A DNA stretch of 48,347 bases, from assembly GCA_002269645.1 (NCBI GenBank), contig NIVC01002730.1:1-48347 (forward strand), read 5' to 3'. Under the pieces are notes generated by a model. It saw only the letters and a list, made by a program, of their open reading frames with translations. It did not search any database and was not told where the DNA came from. This document shows, piece by piece, positions 1 to 11,880 of this stretch (position 1 is the stretch's first letter; every line of letters starts with the position of its first letter). This DNA is from Macrostomum lignano. Taxonomy: Eukaryota. The translations under genes were made by a program, and so were the position numbers.

Positions 1-148
1 TAGGTTGTAAATCGCACGACAACCCCCCCCCCCCGGCATGTTTTGTGCAGCCAGGCACTGCTCTCGGCCATAGACAATAGAGCCAATCCACAGGACAAGT
101 CCTTGTATCGGGAAATAGTAAAACGTTATTAAACTACAAAATTTTCAG

Positions 149-195
149 CACCTCCATTGCGGCACATGACTGACGGGTGGCTTTCCGACTACATG
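149..195 (+). CDS. HHAT: HHAT-like MBOAT acyltransferase copy 1, small 5' exon (xPPLRHMTDGWLSDYM)
   Basis: ttttcag acceptor before 149, gtaaag donor at 196; 47 nt, same length and phase as copy 2 exon 42529-42575 (shared GWLS motif). Confidence 0.7.
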
Positions 196-278
196 GTAAA
201 GTACATTCATGACATGCCCATTCCGAACTGTCATAAATTCATTGTATTGATCATAAGTACAAACTGACACATTCTCAG

Positions 279-395
279 GAGATTCCGGCCGATTTCATGG
301 AGATCGAAATGCTCAGCCAGTATAAGAGCATTGCTGCCATTTCTGTCGGCTTTCTGATGGTCAGCCTGATCACACTGCGGTGCTCGAGCCGAACT
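279..395 (+). CDS. HHAT: HHAT-like copy 1 exon (EIPADFMEIEM...SVGFLMVSLITLRCSSRT)
   Basis: ttctcag acceptor, weak gtacgc donor at 396; open, phase 0 at both ends; aligns to copy 2 exon 42206-42319 (YK, SVGFL, VS). Confidence 0.7.
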
Positions 396-443
396 GTACG
401 CTCTGGCCTGTCTTGCTTAAAGTTTCATGTCGCTCAACCCCTG

Positions 444-1730
444 GAGAGAGAGTGATCAGTCAGAGGAGGAGTGACAGTGGCAGAGTGATCAGTCAGAAGA
501 GGAGTGACTGTGGCAGAGTGATCAGTCACGAGAGAGTGACAGTGACAGAGTGATCAGTCACGATAGGAGTGACAGTGACAGAGTCATCAGCCAGGATAGG
601 AGTGACAGTGGCAGAGTGATCAGTCAGGATAGGAGTGACAGTGATTAGTCAGGATAGGAGTGACAGAGACGGAGTGATCGGTCAGGAAGGAGTGACAGTG
701 ACAGAGTGATCAGTCAGAGCGGGAGTGACAGTGACAAAGTGATCAGTCAGGAGGAGGAGTGACAGTGACAAAGTGATCAGTCAGGAGGAGGAGTGACAGT
801 GACAGAGTGATCAGTCAGGAGGAGGAGTGACAGTGACAGAGTGATCAGTCAGAGGAGGAGTGACTGTGACAGAGTGATCAGTCAGAGGAGGAGTGACTGT
901 GGCAGAGTGATCAGTCAGAAGAGGAGTGACAGTGACAGAGTGATTAGTCAGGATAGGAGTGACAGTGGCAGAGTGATCAGTCAGAGAGAAGTGACAGTGA
1001 CAGAGTGATCAGTCAGGAGAAGAGTGACAGTGGCAGAGTGATCAGTCACGAGAAAATTGACAGTGACAGAGTGATCAGTCAGGAGAAGAGTGACAGTGAC
1101 AGTGATCAGTCACGAGATGAGTGACAGTGACAGAGTGATCAGTCAGGAAGGAGTGACAGAGACGGAGTGATCAGTCAGGAAGGAGTGACAGTGGCAGAGT
1201 GATCAGTCAGAATAGGAGTGACAGACAGTGACAGAGTGATCAGTCAGGAGAAGAGTGACAGTGACAGAGTGATCAGTCAGGAGAAGAGTGACAGTGACAG
1301 ACTAATCAGTCACGAGAGGAGTGACAGTGACAGAGTGATCAGTCAGAGGAGGAGTGACTGTGGCAGAGTGATCAGTCAGGAGGAGGAGTGGCAGTGACAG
1401 AGTTTCTGACGAGAGAGTGACAGTGACAGAGTCATCAGCCAGGATAGGAGTGACAGAGACGGAGTGATCAGTCAGGAGAGCAGTGACAGAGACAGAGTGA
1501 TCAGTCAGAGAGAGCAGTGACAGAGACAGAGTGATCAGTCAGGAGAGCAGTGACAGAGACAGAGTGATCAGTCAGGAGAGAGTGACAGAGACAGAGTGAT
1601 CAGTCAGGAGAGGAGTGACAGTGACAGAGTGATCAGTCAGGAGAGCAGTGACAGAGACAGAGTGATCAGTCAGGAGAGCAGTGACAGAGACAGAGTGATC
1701 AGTTAGGATAGGAGTGACAGTGACAGAGTG
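444..1730. repeat. Intronic minisatellite, about 28-bp unit GAGTGACAGTGACAGAGTGATCAGTCAGGAGA-type
   Basis: about 45 degenerate tandem units. Confidence 0.95.
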
Positions 1731-1796
1731 CTCAACCGAAATGCCATATCCTGCAAGAGCAGCTGAGAACCTGTCAAGTTCCCCATTCCTCATCAG

Positions 1797-2807
1797 GTGC
1801 ACTACCTGGCTACTACAAGCTTCACCTTGGCTGTGACAGCGGCTATCCTTGGTTACAGAGCAGCGATGTACTTTCTGGTGTTGCACTGCGGTGCTGTCTG
1901 CATGGGATATTTCTCCCAGTTCGGTGTCTGGCTGTTCATTCTGTCGGCAATGATGCTGCAAAACTCGGATTACAGCAGCGCGCTCTTTCAAGTCCTGGAT
2001 CTCGAAGGTGATTACTCTCACCTGTTCTACCCAATCTCTGGCTACCTGTACTGCCGCTGCATCTCCGCTGGACTCAGCCTCAACCAAATGCTGCGGGACC
2101 AGAGACGCCAACCTGCAGATGAGGCACAGCAGCTGAGCCTGCTCCAGTTCCTTAGACTGCACCTTCCCCGAGCTTTGGCTTACGGATTTTACCTGCCCTG
2201 GCACTTTTCCGGCCCGATCCTCACCTTTGCTGACTTCTGTCGGGAGGCTGAGAGACCCGACAGGCTGGTGTGGAAGACGAAGCTGCTGCTACAGCTGGCG
2301 TGGCGAGCGACTCGCCTGTTGGTGTGGATGCTGCTGCTTCAGGTGCTGCATCATTTCCTACCTGTTGGAGCATTTCTGGAGAGCATTCGGTCTTACGAGT
2401 CCGTGCCCTACAAGCGGCTCGTGTTTTCAATGTACCTGCATGGCCAGAACTTCATGCTGGTCTACGTGCAGCTGTACGGCTGGCCGGGTCTCGTGTCCAG
2501 CATTGACGGAGTCGAGCTGCCGCACTGGCCCGACTGCATCAGCCGGGTCTATACTTACAGGCAGATGTGGCGCGTGTTCGACAGGGGGCTGGCCTCCTTC
2601 ATGTACAGCCACATCTACATCCCCATGGGAGGCAGTCGGCACGGCATTGTGAGACAGGTAGCTGCTGTGGCTGCCAGCTTCGCCTTTGTCTCCATCTACC
2701 ACGGCGACTCGACCAGCGTCCGCATCTGGGCTGCGCTGAACGCACTGCAGCTGCTTCTGGAGACCCTGGCCTGCGCTTTCTATGAGAGGAAGTTGAAGAC
2801 GTGGCTG
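1797..2807 (+). CDS. HHAT: HHAT-like copy 1, large MBOAT-domain exon (337 aa)
   Basis: catcag acceptor before 1797 (the ORF-track M is GTG=Val), gtgagt donor at 2808; MBOAT motifs FSGPILTF, WRVFDRGL, HIYIP, FAFVSIYHG, WAALN typical of HHAT/Rasp. Confidence 0.92.
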
Positions 2808-2821
2808 GTGAGTCCGGGGAT

Positions 2822-4205
2822 CAGAGTGACTGACCCAGAGTGAGCTCCGGGTGACTGACCCAGAGTGAGCTCCGAGTGACTGATCTAGAGTGAGCTCTGA
2901 GTGACTGACCCAGAGTGAGCTCCGAGTGACTGACCCAGAGTGAGCTCCGAGTGACTGATCTAGAGTGAGCTCTGAGTGACTGACCCAGAGTGAGCTCCGA
3001 GTGACTGACCCCAGAGTGAGCTCCGAGTGACTGATCTAGAGTGAGCTCTGAGTGACTGACCCAGAGTGAGCTCCGAGTGACTGACCCAGAGTGAGCTCCG
3101 ATTGACTGACCCAGAGTGAGCTCTGAGTGACTGATCTAGAGTGAGCTCCGAGTGACTGACCCAGAGTGAGCTCCGAGTGACTGACCCAGAGTGAGCTCTG
3201 AGTGACTGATCTAGAGTGAGCTCTGAGTGACTGAACCAGAGTGACCTCCGAGTGACTGACCCAGAGTGAGCTCCGAGTGACTGACCCAGAGTGAGCTCCG
3301 AGTGACTGATCTAGAGTGAGTTCTGAGTGACTGACCCAGAGTGAGCTCCGAGTGACTGACCCAGAGTGAGCTCCGAGTGACTGACCCAGAGTGAGCTCTG
3401 AGTGACTGATCTAGAGTGAGCTCTGAGTGACTGAACCAGAGTGAGCTCCGAGTGACTGACCCAGAGTGAGCTCCGAGTGACTGATCTAGAGTGAGCTCCG
3501 AGTGACTGACCCAGAGTGAGCTCCGAGTGACTGACCCAGAGTGATCTCCGAGTGACTGACCCAGAGTGAGCTCCGAGTGACTGACCCAGAGTGAGCTCCG
3601 GGTGACTGACCCAGAGTGAGCTCCGAGTGACTGATCTAGAGTGAGCTCCGAGTGACTGACCCAGAGTGAGCTCCGAGTGACTGACCCAGAGTGAGCTCCG
3701 GGTGACTGACCCAGAGTGATCTCCGAGTGACTGACCCAGAGTGAGCTCCGAGTGACTGACCCAGAGTGATCTCCGAGTGACTGACCCAGAGTGAGCTCCG
3801 AGTGACTGAACCAGAGTGAGCTCCGAGTGACTGATCCAGAGTGAGCTCCGAGTGACTGACCCAGAGTGAGCTCCGGGTGACTGACCCAGAGTGAGCTCCG
3901 AGTGACTGATCTAGAGTGAGCTCTAAGTGACTGACCCCAGAGTGAGCTCCGGGTGACTGACCCAGAGTGAGCTCCGAGTGACTGATCTAGAGTGAGCTCC
4001 GAGTGACTGACCCAGAGTGAGCTCCGAGTGACTGACCCAGAGTGAGCTCCGAGTGACTGACCCAGAGTGAGCTCTGAGTGACTGACCCAGAGTGACCTCC
4101 GAGTGACTGACCCAGAGTGAGCTCCGAGTGACTGACCCAGAGTGATCTCCGAGTGACTGACCCAGAGTGAGCTCCGAGTGACTGATCCAGAGTGATCTCG
4201 AACTC
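2822..4205. repeat. Intronic minisatellite, 25-bp unit GAGTGACTGACCCAGAGTGAGCTCC
   Basis: about 55 tandem units directly after the 2808 donor. Confidence 0.95.
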
Positions 4206-4329
4206 ACTTTGACCTTCTTGTGTGTCCGAGAACAGAGTTTGAAGGAAGAGTAGTTAACACAACACCCCGTTTATGATGTCATTCAGTCTGAAAACTTTTC
4301 CCCGCAACAATCCTGCACAAATATTTCAG

Positions 4330-4486
4330 AATTTGATCCTCAGCCCCAACAATCACCAGCGGTTGGTTGCTTACGTCATTGGCTGCAATTTGGTCCTGAC
4401 TTCCTGCTTTATATTTGTCTTCCTGACCGGCAAGCACCCGGCTGTTCATCTCATGGTGGAGATTTTTAAACCTCTTTTTCTATACA
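4330..4486 (+). CDS. HHAT: HHAT-like copy 1 penultimate exon (NLILSPNNHQRLVAY...EIFKPLFLY)
   Basis: tttcag acceptor, gtaaga donor at 4487; 157 nt, identical length in copies 2 and 3. Confidence 0.85.
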
Positions 4487-4544
4487 GTAAGAATGTCGCA
4501 CGATAGTAATTTGGCCTTTTTATTCATTAATATCACTGTCAACC

Positions 4545-5175
4545 CTTCCCGTCTCTCCCAACCCCTTCCTGTCTCTCTCACCCCTTCCTGTCTCTCTCAC
4601 CCCTTCCTGTCTCTCCCAACCCCTTCCTGTCTCTCTCACCCCTTCCTGTCTCTCCCAACCCCTTCCTGTCTCTCTCACCCCTTCCTGTCTCTCCCAACCC
4701 CTTCCTGTCTCTCTCACCCCTTCCTGTCTCTCTCACCCCTTCCTGTCTCTCCCAACCCCTTCCTGTCTCTCTCACCCCTTCCTGTCTCTCCCAACCCCTT
4801 CCTGTCTCTCTCACCCCTTCCTGTCTCTCCCAACCCCTTCCTGTCTCTCTCACTCCTTCTTGTCTCTCCCAACCCCTTCCTGTCTCTCTCACCCCTTCCT
4901 GTCTCTCACCCTTTCTCGTCTCTCTCACCCCTTCCTGTCTCTCTAACCCCTTCCTGTCCTTCATCCTTCCTGTCTATCTCACCCTTTCCAGTCTCTCACC
5001 CCTTCCTGTCTCTCACCCCTTCCTGTCTCTCACCCCTTCCTGTCTCTCACCCCTTCCTGTCTCTCACCCCTTCCTGTCTCTCACCCCTTCCTGTCTCTCA
5101 CCCCTTCCTGTCTCTCAACCCTTCCTGTCTCTCCAAACCCCTTCCTGTCTTTCTCTCAAGCCATTCCTGTCTCTC
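4545..5175 (-). repeat. Minisatellite, about 20-bp CCCCTTCCTGTCTCTC family (reverse orientation)
   Basis: tandem units; reverse complement of arrays at 5520-5990 and 12518-14646. Confidence 0.95.
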
Positions 5176-5218
5176 TCAAAGAAGATGAAAAGTAAGCAAA
5201 ACAAATACACTTTCGCAG

Positions 5219-5334
5219 GACCTTGGTGGCATCTGCAGGTGGTCCTGGCCTTGTCCTATTGCTGTGTACAGATCTCACTGTGGTATGAGAGTCGAACCGC
5301 GAATTCTGGGAAGGAGGCGAAGAAAGTCAGTTAA
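5219..5334 (+). CDS. HHAT: HHAT-like copy 1 last coding exon (RPWWHLQVVLALSYCCVQISLWYESRTANSGKEAKKVS*)
   Basis: tttcgcag acceptor, phase matches previous exon, TAA at 5332-5334; homologous to 40296-40408. Confidence 0.85.
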
Positions 5335-5519
5335 ATTGAGAATGAATTTACTGATTCGTGAACTAAAATTGACAAGATTAACTTCTGAGAGCTGAACAAA
5401 TTTAACTTGCAATTGTGCTTCTTTGAGATCTTGCTTTTAAATTTGGTGGCGGTTCAGCTTCGGGGGGGCAATGACCCAGCTTCTCAGAGAAGAAGGGGTA
5501 TGTGAAAGAAAGGAAAGAG

Positions 5520-5990
5520 ACGAGACAGGCAGGAAGAGGTTGACAGAGACAGGAAGGGGTGAGAGAGACAGGAAGGGGTTTGGAGAGACAGGAAGGGGTT
5601 TGGAGAGACAGGAAGGGGTTTGGAGAGACAGGAAGGGGTTTGGAGAGACAGGAAGGGGTTTGGAGAGACAGGAAGGGGTTTGGAGATACAGGAAGGGGTT
5701 TGGAGAGACAGGGAGGGGTTTAGAGAGACAGGAAGGGGTTTGGAGAGACAGGAAGGGGTTTGGAGAGACAGGAAGGGGGTTGGAGATACAGGAAGGGTTG
5801 AGAGAGACAGTAAGGGGTTTGGAGATACAGGAAGGGGTTTAGAGAGACAGGAAGGGGTTTGGAGAGACAGGAAGGGGTTTGGAGAGACAGGAAGGGGTTT
5901 GGAGAGACAGGAAGGGGTTTGGAGAGACAGGAAGGGATTGGGAGAGACAGGAAGGGGCTGGAGAGACAGGAAGGGCCGGAGAGACAGGCA
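5520..5990 (+). repeat. Minisatellite, 20-bp GGAGAGACAGGAAGGGGTTT family
   Basis: tandem units downstream of the copy 1 stop codon. Confidence 0.95.
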
Positions 5991-6404
5991 GGGGTCGGTT
6001 GAGACAGGACTACCGTTTTGCTGTTTATGCAAATTAGGTTAAAGTACAAGGACAAAATTCTCGATATGTTTCTTACTTACTACTTTAACAATCCATATTG
6101 TCGCATGTGCAGTAGTATATGTATGCAGTATGATAGTTCTCCACGTATTTTAATGGTGTGATTGAATGATGTGATGTATTTTAATGGTCAGCTGATCTTT
6201 GCTATTGTAATTTCTATTTGTTTCTCGACATTTTAAGCTGCTCTCAGTTTTAAGAACTTTGTAATGTATCTGTCATTACATTTTTTATCCTACACTTACT
6301 AATTGGACTGGAATGATGTCAGTAAATAAACTTAGTTATAGACTAGCAATCAGAGCCCCACCCGTTGGGGAGGGAACAAAGAATGAAATAAAATTTTGAA
6401 CTCC

Positions 6405-8092
6405 TCACCTCCTCATTTCTCACCTTAGTGTTCACTTCTCACCTGAGTGTCCACTCCTCACCTGAGTGTCCACTCCTCACCCGAGTGTCCACTCCTCACC
6501 TGAGTGTCCACTTCTCACCTGAGTGTCCACTTCTCTCCTGAGTGTCCACTCCTCACCCGAGTGTCCACTCCTCACCTGAATATCCACTCCTCACCTGAGT
6601 GTCCACTCCTCACCCGAGTGTCCACTCCTCACCTGAGTGTCCACTCCTCACCCGAGTGTCCACTCCTCACCTGAGTGTCCACTTCTCACCTGAGTGTCCA
6701 CTCCTCACCTGAGTGTCCACTCCTCACCTGAGTGTCCACTCCTCACCTGAGTGTCCACTCCTCACCTGAGGGTCCACTTCTCTCCTGAGTGTCCACTATT
6801 CACCTGAGTGTCCACTTCTCACCTGAGTGTCCACTCCTCACCTGAGTGTCCACTTCTCACCTGAGTGTCCACTATTCACCTGAGTGTCCACTTCTCTCCT
6901 GAGTATCCACTCCTCACCTGAGTGTCCACTCCTCACCTAAGTGTCCACTCCTAACCTGAGTGTCCACTCCTCACCTGAGTGTCCACTTCTCTCCTGAGTG
7001 TCCACTTCTCACCTGAGTGTCCACTCCTAACCTGAGTGTCCACTCCTCACCTGAGTGTCCACTCCTCACCTGAATATCCACTCCTCACCTGAGTGTCCAC
7101 TCCTCACCTGAGTGTCCACTTCTCACCTGAGTGTCCACTCCTCACCTGAGTGTCCACTCAACACCTGAGTGTCCACTTCTCACCTGAGTGTCCACTCCTC
7201 ACCTGAGTGTCCACTTCTCTCCTGAGTGTCCACTTCTCACCTGAGTGTCCACTCCTAACCTGAGTGTCCACTCCTCACCTGAGTGTCCACTCCTCACCTG
7301 AGTGTCCACTCCTCACCTGAGTGTCCACTCCTAACCTGAGTGTCCACTTCTCACCTGAGTGTCCACTCCTCACCTGAGTGTCCACTCCTCACCTGAGTGT
7401 CCACTTCTCACCTGAGTGTCCACTCCACACCTGAGTGTCCACTTCTCACCTGAGTGTCCACTTCTCACCTGAGTGTCCACTCCTCACCTGAGTGTCCACT
7501 TCTCACCTGAGTGTCCACTCCTCACCTGAGTGTCCACTCCTCACCTGAGTGTCCACTTCTCACCTGAGTGTCCACTCCTCACCCGAGTGTCCACTCCTCA
7601 CCTGAGTGTCCACTCCTCACCTGAGTATCCACTCCACACCTGAGTGTCCACTTCTCACCTGAGTGTCCACTCCACACCTGAGTGTCCACTTCTCACCTGA
7701 GTGTCCACTCCTCACCTGAGTGTCCACTCCTCACCTGAGTGTCCACTCCTCGCCTGAGTGTCCACTCCTCACCTGAATGTCCACTTCTCACCTGAGTGTC
7801 CACTTCTCACCTGAGTGTCCACTTCTCACCTGAGTGTCCACTTCTCTCCTGAGTGTCCACTTCTCACTTGAGTGTCCACTCCACACCTGAGTGTCCACTT
7901 CTCTCCTGAGTGTCCACTATTCACCTGAGTGTCCACTCCACACCTGAGTGTCCACTTCTCACCTGAGTGTCCACTATTCACCTGAGTGTCCACTTCTCAC
8001 CTGAGTATCCACTCCTCACCTGAGTGTCCACTTCTCTCCTGAGTGTCCACTATTCACCTGAGTGTCCACTTCTCACCTGAGTGTCCACTTCC
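6405..8092. repeat. Minisatellite, 19-bp unit CTCCTCACCTGAGTGTCCA
   Basis: about 88 tandem units. Confidence 0.95.
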
Positions 8093-8399
8093 ATCCTTTA
8101 ATTTTCTTCCATTGACAGAAATGATGAGAGCGGGAAATTATTATTTGGGAGAAAAACGATGAGCTATGATAAATTAGGGTGAGTATAATCAGCCCGTGGA
8201 CAACTAGCAGGTCTCCACAGCAGTGGCACAGTTTTCGCAGTTTAATTCAACCGATCAATTTCAGACACCGAAGTGTCAACTGCAGGCAATTGGGTGCCAG
8301 CATTGTTTGCCAAAGCTAGAAGATTGATAGAGGCGATTCGAGAAATTAAAAGGAGCTGCGTCTGCTTCGGTGAAGGACCAAAAGGTGGAAAAGGAAAGC

Positions 8400-9975
8400 A
8401 TGAGAGGAAGAGAGAGAGAGGAAGTTAGAGAGAGGAAGGGAGAGAGAGGAAGGGATAGAGGAAGGGAGAGAGAGAGAAAGGGAGAGAGAGGAAGGGAGAG
8501 AGAGGAAGGGAGAGAGAGGAAGGGAGAGAGGAAGGGAGAGAGAGGAAGGGAGAGAGGAAAGGAAAGAGAGAAAGGGAGAGAGGAAGGGAGAGAGAGAAAG
8601 GGAGAGAGAGGAACGGAAAGAGAGGAAGGGAGAGAGGAAGGGAGAGAGAGGAAGGGAGAGAGGAAAGGAGAGAGAGAAAGGGAGAGAGGAAGGGAGAGAG
8701 AGAAAGGGAGAGAGAGGAAGGGAGAGAGAGGAAGGGAGAGAGAGGAAGGGAGAGAGAGGAAGGGAGAGAGAGGAAGGGAGAGAGAGGAAGGGAGAGAGAG
8801 GAAGGGAGAGAGAGGAAGGGAGAGAGGAAGGGAGAGAGGAAGGGAGAGAGGAAGGGAGAGAGGAAGGGAGAGAGGAGGGAGAGAGAGGAAGGGAGAGAGA
8901 GGAAGGGAGAGAGGAAGGGAGAGAGAGGAAAGGAGAGAGAGAAAGGGAGAGAGAGAGGAAGGGAGAGAGAGAGAGGAAGAGAGAGAGAAGGGAGAGAGGG
9001 AAGGAGAGAGGAAAGGAGAGAGAGAAGGGAGAGAGAGGAAGGGAGAGAGAGGAAGGGAGAGAGAGGAAGGGAGAGAGAGGAAGGGAGAGAGAGGAAGGGA
9101 GAGAGAGGAAGGGAGAGAGGAAGGGAGAGAGAGGAAGGGAGAGAGAGGAAGGGAGAGAGAGGAAGGGAGAGAGAGGAAGGGAGAGAGGAAGGGAGAGAGA
9201 GGAAAGGAGAGAGAGAAAGGGAGAGAGAGAGGAAGGGAGAGAGAGAAAGAGAGATAGGAAGGGAGAGAGAGAAAGAGAGAGAGGAAGGGAGAGAGAGGAA
9301 GGGAGAGAGAGGAAGGGAGAGAGAAAGGGAGAGAGAGAGGAAGGGAGAGAGAGAAAGGGAGAGAGAGGAAGGGAGAGAGAGGAAGGGAGAGAGAAAGGGA
9401 GAGAGAGAGGAAGGGAGAGAGAGAAAGGGAGAGAGAGGAAGGGAGAGAGAGGAAGGGAGAGAGAGGAAGGGAGAGAGAGGAAGGGAGAGAGAGGAAGGGA
9501 GAGAGAGGAAGGGAGAGAGAGAAAGGGAGAGAGAGAGGAAGGGAGAGAGAGAAGGAGAGAGAGAGGAATGGAGAGAGAGGAAGGGAGAGAGAGGAAGGGA
9601 GAGAGAGGAAGGGAGAGAGAGGAAGGGAGAGAGAGAAAGGGAGAGAGAGAGGAAGGGAGAGAGAGGAAGGGAGAGAGGAAGGGAGAGAGAGGAAGGGAGA
9701 GAGGAAAGGAAAGAGAGAAAGGGAGAGAGGAAGGGAGAGAGAGAAAGGGAGAGAGAGGAAGGGAGAGAGAGGAAGGGAGAGAGAGGAAGGGAGAGAGAGG
9801 AAGGGAGAGAGAGAAAGGGAGAGAGGAAGGAGAGAGAGGAAGGGAGAGAGAGAAAGGGAGAGAGAGGAAGGGAGAGAGAGAGAAAGGGAGAGAGGAAGGG
9901 AGAGAGAGAAAGGGAGAGAGAGGAAGGGAAAGAGGAAAGGAGAGAGAGAAAGGGAGAGAGAGGAAGGGAGAGACA
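8400..9975. repeat. Polypurine array (GAGAGAGGAAGG-type, 12-16 bp units)
   Basis: almost only A and G on the + strand. Confidence 0.95.
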
Positions 9976-10599
9976 GAAAAGTGAAGACAAAATAGACAGA
10001 AGACAAGACTGCGGGAGACTGGATGTACTAGATGAAGAAAGGCCATTAATTGCAGGACGAATTCAGCAAGATAGCGCTAAGATAGGCAGCGAATCCTGCG
10101 CAACCCAAAAAGTGTACAGTTTGTCCGCTCTAAATTGCGCTGCTTATGTAGATAACGCCGCAAAGAATTCTTTAGCAACGCAGCAAAAGCGAACAGCTAG
10201 ACAGCTACAGTGCACAGAATATATTTATAACTAAAGTGAAACAAAATCCCCCAAGCTCTGTGCATAATCGGTGCGTTTTCACCAGTTAACTGCATGACCT
10301 CGATACGGAGAAATCGATGAAAGCCCCACCTATGAGGAGGGAGGGGTGAAAGTGTTGGGGTAGATCTGTGGGATTCTTGTCCACGGGTTGGGTCCTTAAT
10401 TTATGGTTAAGGGTCCGGGAAATGAGCGGAATTCAGCGACCTCCCCCCTCTCCTCCCCGTGCCCCATGCCGCCAACAGGGAACTGGGCTAGGAGAGGAAG
10501 CAAGGTATGAGGACCGCTCTGTCACGGTGACTGGCAGAGCATGACTTGGCTTGGGACAACTCGTTTCCTTGGCGAAGGAAAAGTTAAAAACCAGATGAA

Positions 10600-11880
10600 G
10601 GAAGGGAAGACTGAAAAGAGGTAGAAGAGGGGGAAGAGAGGGCAAAGAGGACAAAAAGGACAAAGAGGGAAAGGAGGGAAAGGAGAGGGGGCAAGAGGGA
10701 GAAGATGGAGAAGCAAGAGAAGAGAAGGAAGAGGAGGAAGAGAGAAGAGGGGGAAGGGGCTATAGGGAGAAGAGGGAGAAGAGGGGGAAGAGGGGGAAGA
10801 GGGGGAAGAGGGGAAGAGAGAGAAGAGGGAGAAGAGGGAGAAGAGGGAGAAGAGGGAGAAGAGGGGGAAGAGGGAGAAGAGGGGGAAGAGGGAGAAGAAA
10901 TAGAAGAGGGAGAAGAGAGAGAAGAGGGAGGAGAGGGCAAAGAGGGGGAAGAGGGAGAAGAGGGAGAAAAGGGAGAAGAGGGAGAAGAGGGGGAAGAGGG
11001 AGAAGAAATAGAAGAGGGAGAAGAGGGAGGAGAGGGCAAAGAGGGGGAAGAGGGAGAAGAGAGAGAAGAGGGAGAAGAGAGAGAAGAGGGAGGAGAGGGC
11101 AAAGAGGGGGAAGAGGGAGAAGAGAGAGAAGAGGGAGAAGAGGGCAAAGAGGGGAAGAGGGCAAAGAGGGGGAAGAGGGGGAAGAGACAGAAGAGGGGGA
11201 AGAGGGGGAAGAGGGGGAAGAAGGAGAAGAGGGAGAAGAGGGAGAAGAGGGAGAAGAGGGGAAGAGGGAGAAGAAATAGAAGAGGGAGAAGAGAGAGAAG
11301 AGGGAGGAGAGGGCAAAGAGGGAGAAGAGGGAGAAGAGGGAGAAAAGGGAGAAGAGGGAGAAGAGGGGGAAGAGGGAGAAGAAATAGAAGAGGGAGAAGA
11401 GAGAGAAGAGGGAGGAGAGGGCAAAGAGGGGAAGAGGGAGAAGAGAGAGAAGAGGGAGAAGAGAGAGAAGAGGGAGGAGAGGGCAAAGAGGGGGAAGAGG
11501 GCAAAGAGGGGGAAGAGGGGGAAGAGACAGAAGAGGGGGAAGAAGGAGAAGAGGGAGAAGAGAGAGAAGAGGGAGAAGAGAGAGAATAGGGCGAAGAGAG
11601 AGAAGAGGGCGAAGAGGAAAAGAGGGAGAAGCGGGAGAAGAGAGAGAAGAGGGAGGAGAGAGAAGAGGGAGAAGAGGGAGAAGAGTGGGAAGAGAGAGAA
11701 GAGGGCAAAGAGTGGGAAGAGAGAGAAGAGAGAGAAGAGAAAGAAGAGGGAGAAGAGGGAGAAGAGGGAGAAGAGGGCAAAGAGTGGGAAGAGAGAGAAG
11801 AGGGCAAAGAGTGGGAAGAGAGAGAAGAGAAAGAAGAGGGAGAAGAGGGCAGAGAAAGAGAAAAAACAGAGAAGAGGAGA
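10600..11880. repeat. Purine-rich array (GAGGGAGAA 9-mer type)
   Basis: degenerate 9-bp tandem units. Confidence 0.9.

Noticed and set aside
1572-2204. Antisense 210-aa ORF also present at 41565-42200
   Set aside because: Its conservation follows from the near-identity of the HHAT exon; it ends in minisatellite sequence
4493-6055. ORFs with PSCLS / ETGRG repeats
   Set aside because: Translations of the 20-bp minisatellite; same for 12753-14873
8170-8182. TTAGGG telomere motif (also near 38800 and 44762)
   Set aside because: Isolated single copies, expected by chance
8265-8370. Possible exon TEVSTAGNWVPALFAKARRLIEAIREIKRSCVCF between AG and GT
   Set aside because: No recognisable homology and no partner exons
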